IMG/VR virus record: IMGVR_UViG_3300042455_001086
Span: 62,001-126,000 of that record
Reading direction: 5' to 3' (one strand)
DNA length: 64,000 nucleotides
Shown in pieces: positions 37,114-46,975 of the stretch. The notes beneath the pieces were generated by a model, which saw only the letters and a program-made list of their open reading frames with translations, searched no databases and was not told where the DNA came from. Positions within the stretch are counted from its first letter, which is position 1. Every line of letters begins with the position of its first letter. Both the position numbers and the translations under genes were made by a program.

Positions 37114-37827
37114 TTAAAAATCATCTAGTGTTATGATTATATTCATATCTGTCATATCATAATCTTCACTTCTAACATTGAAATCCAGTTGAATTGAGTT
37201 ATTTCTTTGAATTGTGATCTTTCCGGCAGCTCCTCTTTCATCTTTCCAAAAGCTATCAACTCTTTCTTTCATTATTTTATCCAAAAGTATTGCCCACGGT
37301 TCAAGTCTTAAAGTAACCGGTGTATCGTCTTCTTCAAAATCTTTAATATCTAAACCACGCCATTCCGCATCAAACTCATATGCTACTGTTTCTGTTTCTT
37401 TCCATAAATCACCATTTTCAAATGTCATATTTATTGCATCCAAAGTCTCTTGTGATAATTTATTTTCAGTTGGGAGACCAGGAGTTGTTAAATCAATATT
37501 ATATTTGTATGAATTTTCATATAAATATTTACATTCACTTTTAAATTTTATTTTATTTTTCCAAGGATAAATTGTAATATACAATGTCCAAAAATCATCT
37601 TCATCATAATTATTAAAACGATGAAATTTTCTCATCATACTTGATATAACTTCTTCCAAAATTTCTTCAATTATTTTTGGTGATTTAAAACCTTTACCTT
37701 TTTTGGTTGTAAAAATATGATCCCATTGTTCAAGACCATCATATATATAATTCATATATGTTGTAATCTCTTCTGTTTTAAGGCCTCTAAAAAACCCAAA
37801 TAATATTTTTAATTTTTCTTCCATCAA
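37114..37827 (-). CDS. DUF6878-like paralog 2 (degenerate)
   Basis: MEEKLKILFGF; WKDERGAAG. Confidence 0.45.
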   Translation of the reverse strand: MMEEKLKILFGFFRGLKTEEITTYMNYIYDGLEQWDHIFTTKKGKGFKSPKIIEEILEEVISSMMRKFHRFNNYDEDDFWTLYITIYPWKNKIKFKSECKYLYENSYKYNIDLTTPGLPTENKLSQETLDAINMTFENGDLWKETETVAYEFDAEWRGLDIKDFEEDDTPVTLRLEPWAILLDKIMKERVDSFWKDERGAAGKITIQRNNSIQLDFNVRSEDYDMTDMNIIITLDDF

Positions 37828-38498
37828 TCTTCAAACATATCAACAGTTAATTCAAATTTTTCATCACACCAATTCATTTCTCTCATAATCCATTCGTGTG
37901 AAATTACAATTTCCAAATTGTTATTTAATTCAATTGTTCCAGTGGAACCATCATCAATTTCCCAACCACCATAGGCATTTTCTAAATTATCGTAAAGTGT
38001 ATTCCAAATTAATTCATTGTCAGGTTCTCTGGATCCCCATTGGATATTTGTATCTTCACCATCAATTGTTATTGAGTTAATATCTCCATCATCCCCACCT
38101 CCACTATATCTTGCTTCAATTATTTCAACTCCAGTTCTTTTAAAATATTCTTCAAGTTTTGGATTTTCTAATTTTCTTTCATAAGTTTCAGCTTGATTTA
38201 TATATTCTTCATATTTTAACTCAATATACATTGAGTTTGTTTTTGGTTCCACAAATAAATAAACACTGTAATAGTCTGTCTCACTATAACAATTATCAAA
38301 TAATTCACTATTTATTTCGTTATAATAATATTCTACAACATCAGTAGCAAAATCAAATATCATTTCTGGTAATCCTGAAATATTTGAGCTAGCCCCCCAT
38401 TCATATTCAATATTCTCATTAGGAGCATTCCAAACAAACTGAACTGTTTTATTAAGTGGTTTTAAAAATTTTAAAAGTGCTAAAAATTTCTTTTTCAT
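37824..38498 (-). CDS. DUF6878-like paralog 1
   Basis: YSGGGDDG...GGWEIDDGSTG. Confidence 0.6.
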   Translation of the reverse strand: MKKKFLALLKFLKPLNKTVQFVWNAPNENIEYEWGASSNISGLPEMIFDFATDVVEYYYNEINSELFDNCYSETDYYSVYLFVEPKTNSMYIELKYEEYINQAETYERKLENPKLEEYFKRTGVEIIEARYSGGGDDGDINSITIDGEDTNIQWGSREPDNELIWNTLYDNLENAYGGWEIDDGSTGTIELNNNLEIVISHEWIMREMNWCDEKFELTVDMFED

Positions 38499-38510
38499 AG
38501 TAATAAATAC

Positions 38511-38864
38511 TTAGTCATCGAATTTAAGATCAAGTGTTCTTATCATCCACATAGGTTTTTCTTTGGCTTCAATTGCTTTTATCCATTCTTTTGCTGATGG
38601 AATGTAATTGTAGCAATCCTCTTTGACATGGTCTTCAAGACAGTATCTAGTATATACAATTTTACCATCACTATTTGTGAAATGAGGACCAAAGATTTTT
38701 TCGGCTTCAAAAATACCTTCACTATGATGTCTCCACATTCTATGAAGTGAATGTCCATACCAGGCCTTCGTTGCGTCCATCCATTCGTGTAAATGAATAT
38801 AATCTTCCCATTTGCCACCATATTTTTTTTGATTGGACTTTGAGTGTAATATTGGGTGCGCCAT
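38511..38864 (-). CDS. DUF6915-like His-rich protein
   Basis: MAHPILHS..YGG..EDY..LHEWMD..HR..RHHSEGIF..HVKED. Confidence 0.75.
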   Translation of the reverse strand: MAHPILHSKSNQKKYGGKWEDYIHLHEWMDATKAWYGHSLHRMWRHHSEGIFEAEKIFGPHFTNSDGKIVYTRYCLEDHVKEDCYNYIPSAKEWIKAIEAKEKPMWMIRTLDLKFDD

Positions 38865-38926
38865 AATTATCTGTTTTTTTAAATAAATATAGATTTCATA
38901 ATCTATTTTTGTAGTATTTATATATA

Positions 38927-40219
38927 ATGAAAGAACTCATACGGAACATATTAATGGAAGAAATATCAAACCCGGAACAAATAACAAGAAAATATTTATC
39001 CAGATTAAATCTTGAACCTTGGGAAGATAAAAAATACAATATGCAATATCTTGTTGAACCAAAATCAAGAAGGATAATTTTTCTTTCGGTTCCAAATGAT
39101 TTTGAATGTTCGATTCTTGTTCTTGAGCACTTTTATACTATGTTAAAGATGTTTTTCAAAAATGATGAGCAAGAAATGACATATTTTGTTTATGATTACC
39201 TAAAAGAAAACGGATTAAACCTACCATTTCACAAAGAAGATTTTTGTATTTCAAGTAGTGAAGATACAGGAATTGTAAGTAATGAAGATGGTGATGAACC
39301 GATTAAAAAATATAATTTAAGTGAAGGAAGAAAGCCAAGTTTGGAAAATAAATTTGTTAAATCCTGGCTTTCAAAATTTGAGAATCTAAAAAAATATAAA
39401 AGTGAGGATGATAGATACATATATCTTGCTGGTAAATCTGGACAAATTGTTGTTAAACTAGACACACAAATAAATGAAACTTACGTAAATTCCGAATTAA
39501 TATTTAAACCTATTGAAAATATTATTGGATTAACAAACGCAAGAAGAAAAATAATTGGTTGGTTACTTGATACATATCATTTACCTGGAATGGGCTATGT
39601 TCTTTTTAGAAGTCAAGAAAGTTTGGGAAAGATTGGTGGTGATGCAATTCCATATAATCAAGAAGCAATCAACGAATCGGAAGAGAAATCAAAACTTGAA
39701 AGGTTCTTTATTAAAAGGTGGGATGATCAAAAAAAACAAGGTATAACACCAAATATAATGAATTTACATTTGTTTGGTCTTCAATCACATAGAGATGAAA
39801 TCTTACAATATTTTATAAAATATATGAATCTTAAAGATGTCAATAGTCGAGCTGAGGCTTTTAAAAGTTATTTACTTTCACAAGTATTCACAGAAAAACA
39901 AATAAAATTAATGGCAGAATTTTTTGAACGAGGAAAGATTACTGTCAAATTTAATAATGTCGAGTTTTTTGAAAATGAAAAATATAATGCTTTTGACTTG
40001 GATATAGAATTTGTTGTTTTGGATGGCTCTTTTTATAGTGAAGACATTGGCGAAAATGTAAATTTCTCATCTGGTGATATACCTTTTGATGATATGATGG
40101 AATATTTTGAATTTAAAGGAGTCGTTGAAAATGTGCTTGAAGGGTTTGTAGCTGATGTTTTAGAATCTTTTGGGTATGACACAGACGAAGATTTCGCTAG
40201 TATTAATATTAAATGGTAA
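38927..40219 (+). CDS. Leader-bearing three-module hypothetical protein
   Basis: MKELIRNILMEE; junctions NLSE and AINE. Confidence 0.75.
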   Translation: MKELIRNILMEEISNPEQITRKYLSRLNLEPWEDKKYNMQYLVEPKSRRIIFLSVPNDFECSILVLEHFYTMLKMFFKNDEQEMTYFVYDYLKENGLNLPFHKEDFCISSSEDTGIVSNEDGDEPIKKYNLSEGRKPSLENKFVKSWLSKFENLKKYKSEDDRYIYLAGKSGQIVVKLDTQINETYVNSELIFKPIENIIGLTNARRKIIGWLLDTYHLPGMGYVLFRSQESLGKIGGDAIPYNQEAINESEEKSKLERFFIKRWDDQKKQGITPNIMNLHLFGLQSHRDEILQYFIKYMNLKDVNSRAEAFKSYLLSQVFTEKQIKLMAEFFERGKITVKFNNVEFFENEKYNAFDLDIEFVVLDGSFYSEDIGENVNFSSGDIPFDDMMEYFEFKGVVENVLEGFVADVLESFGYDTDEDFASINIKW

Positions 40220-40797
40220 TGAAAGAATTAATTAGAAAAATATTAAGGGAAAATACAGATTATGACATCATTAAAAAGATTGTAACAAAATCTTTTGAAC
40301 GACAAGTCAATTCTGGTCAAATCCCAAAGATTAACTTTTTGGATTTAAAAAGAAAGGGATTATCTGATTATCAAGACGAGGTTTTTGATATATATCACGA
40401 TTTTGTTGGCAACTCAGAGGGAGCTTTTAAGTTATTTGACAAATATATGACTGGTAAAATAATTACCGATGTTGATATGAGAAATTTTGGTATTAAAGTT
40501 GATCCAGAAGATCAATATAAAGTTAGAATAACAGGAATTAACAATCCAGATTATAAAGGTAAAAGAATTGTAGGAACTAATGAGGAATTGGAGTTTGGTT
40601 TTGAATTAGTGTATGGGCAATTTATAACATCAAGAGGTATTTTAACTATAGACGAATTATATAGTGAGGAACACGATGATATTTGGCTTGATGTTACGGA
40701 TAATTTAAGATCGGAAATTGAATACTATGTTTGGAGTATAGCTGAAAATGATTTTGGTCTTATATTTGAAGATTGTACCTCACATTGGAATGACTAA
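40219..40797 (+). CDS. Leader-bearing protein similar to the C-terminal module of 38927
   Basis: MKELIRKILRE; TAATG overlap with upstream stop. Confidence 0.75.
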   Translation: MKELIRKILRENTDYDIIKKIVTKSFERQVNSGQIPKINFLDLKRKGLSDYQDEVFDIYHDFVGNSEGAFKLFDKYMTGKIITDVDMRNFGIKVDPEDQYKVRITGINNPDYKGKRIVGTNEELEFGFELVYGQFITSRGILTIDELYSEEHDDIWLDVTDNLRSEIEYYVWSIAENDFGLIFEDCTSHWND

Positions 40798-40802
40798 AAA
40801 TT

Positions 40803-40829
40803 AAAAAACCGGACTTTAATCCGGTTTTT
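40803..40829. terminator. Bidirectional terminator
   Basis: A6-ccgga/tccgg-T5. Confidence 0.8.
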
Positions 40830-40832
40830 CTC

Positions 40833-41081
40833 TTATAATGAGTAATTAACTCTTTTATCACCCAAAGCTTCAATAGCATTTTTGACCGCTTCATCTTTGG
40901 TTTTAAAATTCCCAATAACTTGTTTTTTGCCGTGTAATACATTATACACAGTTTCTTTCACATCGGCTTTTGAAAATTTATACCTAGAAGCTTTCTTTGG
41001 TTTAAATGTATCTTTAGCATAGACATCTAAATAACCAACCTTACAAATGTAACGACCTCTTTGTCCTGTTTTTGTTCCCAT
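40833..41081 (-). CDS. Basic hypothetical protein
   Basis: 82-aa ORF. Confidence 0.65.
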   Translation of the reverse strand: MGTKTGQRGRYICKVGYLDVYAKDTFKPKKASRYKFSKADVKETVYNVLHGKKQVIGNFKTKDEAVKNAIEALGDKRVNYSL

Positions 41082-41134
41082 TTCTTTTTTTTATATTTTT
41101 AAGTTAAACAATAAACAAATCTAATTCTTTTTTT

Positions 41135-41491
41135 TTATTTAGTCAAAATAATTTTAATAAATTTTCTGACTGTTCTAATAATTTTTTGTCTTTCTGAATC
41201 TTCTACTTTTGGATTACCGGACCAATCTTCCGGAATTATTTCAACATCTTCAAGTAATTCAAAAATTCTTCTTGTCCAATATGATCGATTTTGATATGAT
41301 GTAAATCCATAACCAGGAAAACCTTCAAAAGTGTATTCTGTAGTAGTTAAAGGTTCAATGTCACCCCAATTCCCACCCATTTTTCTTTCAGTCACAGTAA
41401 CTCTTCTTAAAAGAAAATTTAAAATAGAAGAATCAAACTCCTCGTTTGAAGAATTTGATTCTCTATTATTTTCTCTTAGTCTATGTCTCAT
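41135..41491 (-). CDS. Hypothetical protein with FLLRR motif
   Basis: 118-aa ORF. Confidence 0.6.
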   Translation of the reverse strand: MRHRLRENNRESNSSNEEFDSSILNFLLRRVTVTERKMGGNWGDIEPLTTTEYTFEGFPGYGFTSYQNRSYWTRRIFELLEDVEIIPEDWSGNPKVEDSERQKIIRTVRKFIKIILTK

Positions 41492-42030
41492 TTAAGAAAT
41501 TTCAATTTGTAAAGTGTTGAGTTAATTAACTCTTGAACGGTGTCAATTTGATTTTGAATAAAACTATCATCTACTGAATCTCTATTTTCATCTATGATGT
41601 CAAGTAATCTTTCAAAATATGAAATTGTTTTTTTGTTATTTCTATATTGTTCAATCTTGAAAGTTTTGAAATTTTTAATAATCCCATATTTTCCTTGATA
41701 TGACTCTACAATACCATCAAATAATCCTACAACTCCATCGTAATAGTCGTTTAATGCCTTGTGTTCGGCAAATGATTTTGTTTGAAGGTGAAACACATGG
41801 GCTTGGTTTCTTGAATGTAAGATATTACATACCATCTCACAAAAATCTTCATTTGATTCTGAATCGTCTTCTACATTTTCACTATCGTCCTCTTCCTCTT
41901 CATCTTCTGCATCATCCTCATCGTCTTCAATGTCATCAACTTCCTCATCTTCTGTATCATCCTCATCTTCCTCAAATAGATTTCGTTTTTTGAGTTCTTC
42001 ATAAAGTTTTTCTGTTAAATCTTTTTCCAT
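41488..42030 (-). CDS. Ferritin/Dps-like protein (DUF5856-like) with acidic N-terminal arm
   Basis: HSRNQAHVFHLQTKSFAEHKALNDYYD..IVESYQGKYG..YKLKFLK. Confidence 0.8.
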   Translation of the reverse strand: MEKDLTEKLYEELKKRNLFEEDEDDTEDEEVDDIEDDEDDAEDEEEEDDSENVEDDSESNEDFCEMVCNILHSRNQAHVFHLQTKSFAEHKALNDYYDGVVGLFDGIVESYQGKYGIIKNFKTFKIEQYRNNKKTISYFERLLDIIDENRDSVDDSFIQNQIDTVQELINSTLYKLKFLK

Positions 42031-42082
42031 AATTATTATATTTTATTTCTATAAATATTAGGAAAATTAAGAAATTAGTAAA

Positions 42083-42781
42083 TTAAACTTCAACAAACTC
42101 GATTTCATTTGTATCTGGATCCCAGTCAATAGTCAAAGGTTTGTTTCTGAACTCATAACGACCATTAAGGACTGCGGCATTTATATAGTGAGTTGTCCCA
42201 TCAAATATGTAGCCTGCACCCTCATGGATATGTCCACAGACGTGGATTTTTGGTTTGATTTCTTGTATTTTAACTAACAAATCTTCACAACCAACATTTA
42301 TTCTATTGTATGGAACATAATCCAATTTACCAAAAGCAGGTCCGTGTGTGATTAATATATCCACATCGTTTGGTATTAAATCCCACTTTTCTTTTATTTT
42401 TTCACCACGAGGAAGATTAAATGCCCAGTTATGAAATTCTGGTTGCCAAGGACTACCCCATATTTTAACAAGGTTTTCATAATCCCCACCGACCATCATC
42501 CAGTCATCTTGAAGATAATCTATGGTCTTATAACCAGTAAGTAATCCTTTTAATTTTTCTGGATCGTCCTGAAATCCAAAATCGTGATTACCACAAATGA
42601 ATACTTTTGTGTCGTAATTATCTAAGTTGTCATACCATTTGAAAAAACTTTCAAGTTCGGTTAAATAACCTCTACTTGATATATCACCGGCACAAATAAG
42701 AATATCACCACCAGGAAGAAAACCATTTAGTTTTTCGTGTTTGGTGTGTGTATCTGATATAAATGTTAGGCGTCTTTTCAT
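42083..42781 (-). CDS. Calcineurin-like metallophosphoesterase (MPPED-like)
   Basis: SDTH, AGD, GNHD, THGP, GHIHE. Confidence 0.92.
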   Translation of the reverse strand: MKRRLTFISDTHTKHEKLNGFLPGGDILICAGDISSRGYLTELESFFKWYDNLDNYDTKVFICGNHDFGFQDDPEKLKGLLTGYKTIDYLQDDWMMVGGDYENLVKIWGSPWQPEFHNWAFNLPRGEKIKEKWDLIPNDVDILITHGPAFGKLDYVPYNRINVGCEDLLVKIQEIKPKIHVCGHIHEGAGYIFDGTTHYINAAVLNGRYEFRNKPLTIDWDPDTNEIEFVEV

Positions 42782-42804
42782 AATACAAAGATAATGAATT
42801 TTGT

Positions 42805-43128
42805 CTAATATGTATCAATTTGTTTTTTTATTCTTTCCAAAATATCTTCATTCATTATATTCTCATTTATCAAGATTTGTTCCAACAAATCTTTGATGTC
42901 TCTTTTTGATCTTTCTTTTGATTTTCTTCTTGTTTTAAGTTCAGTTTGATAAAGATAAAATGATATTTCATCAACGCTCTTTAGTTTTTGAAGGTATTTT
43001 TCAATTCTTTGGTCCAACTTTCTACTATCTTGTAAATCAAGCATAGTTGGTTCCATTTTGAACAATTCATCCAATCTTCCTTTTAGATATTGAATTTCTC
43101 CGTATTTTAATATTTCTTGTTGTGTCAT
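42805..43128 (-). CDS. Helical hypothetical protein
   Basis: Start moved to MTQQE. Confidence 0.6.
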   Translation of the reverse strand: MTQQEILKYGEIQYLKGRLDELFKMEPTMLDLQDSRKLDQRIEKYLQKLKSVDEISFYLYQTELKTRRKSKERSKRDIKDLLEQILINENIMNEDILERIKKQIDTY

Positions 43129-43186
43129 AAAAAAATGTTTCCCATAAAATATAGGAAACATTTAATTTGTAATCAATAAAGATTTG

Positions 43187-43792
43187 TTATTTAATATCAG
43201 TTGATTCTAATAATGTATATGAAAACTTATTACCATAAATTTTTGCAGCCTTTTTACAAATAGACATAAACACATCAAAATCTTTAACTCTTTTAAACAC
43301 TTGACATCCTTCACTCCATCGGTCAACCCATGTTGAATCTTGACCCGCTTTATGAATGTTAATACCAAACATACCAGTATCAGTTTTTGTTTCTTCAAAA
43401 ATTAAATCCTTGTTTGCATCTCTCCAAACTGTAACATTACCATTTCTCTGACAAAGCGCTTGATATTTTCCTTGATGTAAATCTACAGACCAAACACTTC
43501 TGTATTGACCTGGAACTAACCTAGCAACACCATTTTTATTATGGAATTGTTGAACTCCCTTCTTACCCGGATCACAAGTTGCCATCCAACAATAGAATTG
43601 CCAAACACCCTTTTCATCTTTAAATGTTATTGTCAAAAAATCGTCAAAAACATTTGTTACTTTTTTATATACCGCTGGTGATGTATTTCTAACACCAACA
43701 ATATTAACATCATATCCTCTGTTTGAATCATCATTAAACCATTTATATCCTTTTGATTCAACCGCTTTTTTAATTTGTTCTCTTGTGTACAT
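43187..43792 (-). CDS. L,D-transpeptidase-like (YkuD-fold) cell-wall protein
   Basis: GINIHKAG......WSEGC catalytic-type motif. Confidence 0.65.
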   Translation of the reverse strand: MYTREQIKKAVESKGYKWFNDDSNRGYDVNIVGVRNTSPAVYKKVTNVFDDFLTITFKDEKGVWQFYCWMATCDPGKKGVQQFHNKNGVARLVPGQYRSVWSVDLHQGKYQALCQRNGNVTVWRDANKDLIFEETKTDTGMFGINIHKAGQDSTWVDRWSEGCQVFKRVKDFDVFMSICKKAAKIYGNKFSYTLLESTDIK

Positions 43793-43837
43793 AACTATAG
43801 TTATTTTCCCGTTTATTTAAATAAATATTACTTAATT

Positions 43838-44470
43838 TCATTCTGTATCATAAAACATTCTTTCGCTATCTTCCGTCACCCACTTATCGTGTCCTTCACA
43901 ATTAAACCAATCTTTATTCACCAAAAAATCTGGTTTATCTGGAAATGGTTTTGTCACAAATGAAGGTTCGGACCATTTAATTCTATTGTTTGGTTGGAGT
44001 GCAATTTGCCCGTTGTCTAATAAAATTATATGATGTGATTTATGTTCCATTGGATCCTCAGCCAAAGTTAAATCTGTATTCAAATCATTTGAACCCCAAT
44101 TTATTGTTGCGTAATAACTTCCTTTATACCAGTTTTTATCTTTCATAAAAACCTCAACTTGTGTGTCATATACATAACTTAAATGTATTAAAGTAAAGTT
44201 ATAGGAAAAACAATTCCATAATTGTAAATAATGGAATGGTAAATCCGGGTTTGGTACTTCATTTGTTGTTAATAATGCGTGACAAGGTAATTTATCTCTC
44301 ATCACACCATTATTTAGTAATACTTGAAAGAGTGCCGCTTGTCCTGGCATACATCTTACAGATATTATTACACCTTCGGTTACTTCGCCGTGTCCTTTTT
44401 TTCCTTGATAGAAATATTCATTTCTTACAAAGACCTTCAAAGGAAAAAAGTTATGTTCAATATATGCCAT
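43838..44470 (-). CDS. Conserved T4-like phage hypothetical protein
   Basis: LQLWNCFSY...QPNNRIKW. Confidence 0.7.
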   Translation of the reverse strand: MAYIEHNFFPLKVFVRNEYFYQGKKGHGEVTEGVIISVRCMPGQAALFQVLLNNGVMRDKLPCHALLTTNEVPNPDLPFHYLQLWNCFSYNFTLIHLSYVYDTQVEVFMKDKNWYKGSYYATINWGSNDLNTDLTLAEDPMEHKSHHIILLDNGQIALQPNNRIKWSEPSFVTKPFPDKPDFLVNKDWFNCEGHDKWVTEDSERMFYDTE

Positions 44471-44560
44471 TATATTTAATAAAATCCTTTACCGGTGTGG
44501 ATCATCGCGTTTATTCTTTGTTGTTCTAACCAACCTAAAAATTTGAATAGTTTTTTCATA

Positions 44561-44878
44561 TTACTCTACTACTTCACAAATATTTGTTATATCATCTTCA
44601 ACCTCATCAATCATAGGTTGATTTTCCAATTCTTCAATTACGATGTTAATTGCCTCCGGATAATGATTTGCGCTTCCTGGTTGGAAGTAAATGCTAGCAA
44701 GACCCAAAACTTCATTGTTTACATAATGTCTAAATTTTCCTTTTGCTTTATTAACTTCCCAGTCCATTGATACATCATTCCAATCTTCTAAAACAAGTCG
44801 GTTTCCACCTTTTTCCTTGTAATGTAATCTAATCAAATTATTATGACTAAAATTTTCTATAAATTCTCCTAGTTTCAT
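44561..44878 (-). CDS. Hypothetical protein
   Basis: 105-aa ORF. Confidence 0.6.
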   Translation of the reverse strand: MKLGEFIENFSHNNLIRLHYKEKGGNRLVLEDWNDVSMDWEVNKAKGKFRHYVNNEVLGLASIYFQPGSANHYPEAINIVIEELENQPMIDEVEDDITNICEVVE

Positions 44879-44890
44879 TTTATTTATTTT

Positions 44891-45307
44891 TTACCTACGT
44901 ACTGGTTTAAACTCAAATGGATAATTATCACAAAAATCTTTAACAAATTCCAATTCAATATCTTTTTCGTCTAAATTTGGATTTCTACTATTCCATACTT
45001 CAATTGTTTGATATGTTATTAACTTAGCTGATAATGCTATAATAATTTGAATAACTTTATTAAAGATTAATTCTGCTGGTAAATGTTGTTCTACTTTATT
45101 AAAAATTCTAATAATAACTGGATGTGTTAATGTTGTTATTTCTCCATTATATTTTTCTATATTATCTAATAGATATAACTTTGAAAATTCACACGCCAAA
45201 GCCGTATTTCGTTTGTTTTTTACGTTAGTCAAAAAACCAATGTTTTCCCATTTAGTGATTAGTTCACTTGAGTTTTGTTCTTTTAATGTTTTTAACAATT
45301 CTCCCAT
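44891..45307 (-). CDS. Short protein resembling the N-terminal region of gp23-type major capsid proteins
   Basis: LITKWENIGFL...HPVIIRIF. Confidence 0.4.
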   Translation of the reverse strand: MGELLKTLKEQNSSELITKWENIGFLTNVKNKRNTALACEFSKLYLLDNIEKYNGEITTLTHPVIIRIFNKVEQHLPAELIFNKVIQIIIALSAKLITYQTIEVWNSRNPNLDEKDIELEFVKDFCDNYPFEFKPVRR

Positions 45308-45321
45308 AATTTATATTTTTT

Positions 45322-45537
45322 TTATTTATTTTTTAATTGACTTATAACTTTATTCATATACCCCTCCAATAAAAAAAGTTTTCTTCTAATACCAATATTA
45401 TCCATATCTGCTAATAACCTCAAATAGTCGTTTAGTTCTTCAAGTTGTGTTTGTGGTTCAACTTCTTTTTGGATTTCAAGGTCCGGAAATGTATTTTTAA
45501 GTGCGTTTTTATGTCTATTTGATAGTTCGTTATTCAT
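45322..45537 (-). CDS. Hypothetical protein
   Basis: 71-aa ORF. Confidence 0.6.
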   Translation of the reverse strand: MNNELSNRHKNALKNTFPDLEIQKEVEPQTQLEELNDYLRLLADMDNIGIRRKLFLLEGYMNKVISQLKNK

Positions 45538-46390
45538 TTGTTGTATTTTCTTTTATAAAGTTTTCTACCTCTTCTCTTGTCACATTTATAGATTTTGGAC
45601 CTAATTCACTTTGATATTTTTCTTTAAGTTCTATTGGGACACTAATCTTTGAAAGTTTAAGATTATCTTGACCCTCTTTTGAATTTTCTAAATCCTTTTC
45701 AAAGAAGAAAACTGAAAAATGTGTAATCTTATCTGTACTTAAACCATAAAGTTCCATTTTTTCAACACCAGAATTACTTTCAACAATTTCAAATACTCCT
45801 CTAACCATAACACCTTTTTCACCTTTAACTTGGTACGTTTCAGGATTATCAAAAACTTTATCAAGTTTTTCGTGAAGTTGTTTTCTTAATTGTTGTTGGT
45901 GAGTGTCTTCTATGTCGTTAATCATACTAGGACTTCCATAAGCATAAATTGTTTTATCTTGTGATATTTCTGGTGAAAATTCCAAAACAATTTTCTTTTT
46001 TGGTTCAAACGTTTCAGGGTCATAAATTGTTGGTGTTATACTAGCACCATCAAAAACAGGTTCGTGAATTTTTTTGGGATCAAACATTTCGGGTGTTAAC
46101 GCCAAGGATAATAAATAACATTTTCCCTTAAATTTTTGATTTGGTACAAGTTTATAAATTTTGGGTTGTATGGTGTTGTTATTTTCATCAAGAGTAACTG
46201 GATGTTTCATAATAACAATTTCATCACATTCAGAAAATTCTTCACATTCTTTAATTCTTTCCAAATATGGTTCAAGATCTTCCCCGTATATTGTATTATC
46301 TGTAAGTCCTTTAACATCAACTAAAAAACCTTTTTTATTTTTTAGTTCTCCCGAACTTAAAATTTCATTAATTAATTCTTGTAGTTTCAT
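45530..46390 (-). CDS. Hypothetical protein
   Basis: 286-aa ORF. Confidence 0.7.
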   Translation of the reverse strand: MKLQELINEILSSGELKNKKGFLVDVKGLTDNTIYGEDLEPYLERIKECEEFSECDEIVIMKHPVTLDENNNTIQPKIYKLVPNQKFKGKCYLLSLALTPEMFDPKKIHEPVFDGASITPTIYDPETFEPKKKIVLEFSPEISQDKTIYAYGSPSMINDIEDTHQQQLRKQLHEKLDKVFDNPETYQVKGEKGVMVRGVFEIVESNSGVEKMELYGLSTDKITHFSVFFFEKDLENSKEGQDNLKLSKISVPIELKEKYQSELGPKSINVTREEVENFIKENTTNE

Positions 46391-46740
46391 TTTATGTTAT
46401 TTTTTAATTTATTTTTTAACCCTTTGAATACCTCTCTACCTTTTTTCAAAGTTTTTATTTTTGGTTGGATTCTTATTGTTTCTTCAAGATTTTCAGTTTC
46501 AATATCCATCCCTTCTATTATTTCAAGTATATTACCTAAATATTTTTTGTGTATGTCAACCCAAGGATATGGTAGTCCCCAATTTTTATGTCCCCAACAA
46601 GATTGTGTGGTTCCAATTTTATGGTAATTTAACAAGACAACCAATTCCCTAACACCATTATCTATTTTGTTTCCCAAGTTATCAGTAATTAATTTTGATT
46701 TTTCATCAATGTTTTTATACCTAATATCTTGTAATTTCAT
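46387..46740 (-). CDS. TYW3-like fold protein
   Basis: IDNGVRELV..LN...TTQSCWGH. Confidence 0.45.
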   Translation of the reverse strand: MKLQDIRYKNIDEKSKLITDNLGNKIDNGVRELVVLLNYHKIGTTQSCWGHKNWGLPYPWVDIHKKYLGNILEIIEGMDIETENLEETIRIQPKIKTLKKGREVFKGLKNKLKNNIK

Positions 46741-46975
46741 AATTTAATCCCCATCTTTCACTTATCTCAGTGAATTTATCGTTTATTTTTTCTTCTTTAA
46801 TACCATTTAAAGATGAGAAATCATTCTCAAATTGTAAACCGTGTTCCCGGTTTGCATCCATAATTTTTTGTTTAAGAACGGAAAGTTCGTTTGAAGTATA
46901 AAATTCTGTTCCGTGATCAATAATTTTTAGTTCCACAAGAATTTTTTTGTCAAAGGTTTTTATTTGGTGTATCAT
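46721..46975 (-). CDS. Hypothetical protein
   Basis: 84-aa ORF. Confidence 0.55.
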   Translation of the reverse strand: MIHQIKTFDKKILVELKIIDHGTEFYTSNELSVLKQKIMDANREHGLQFENDFSSLNGIKEEKINDKFTEISERWGLNYEITRY

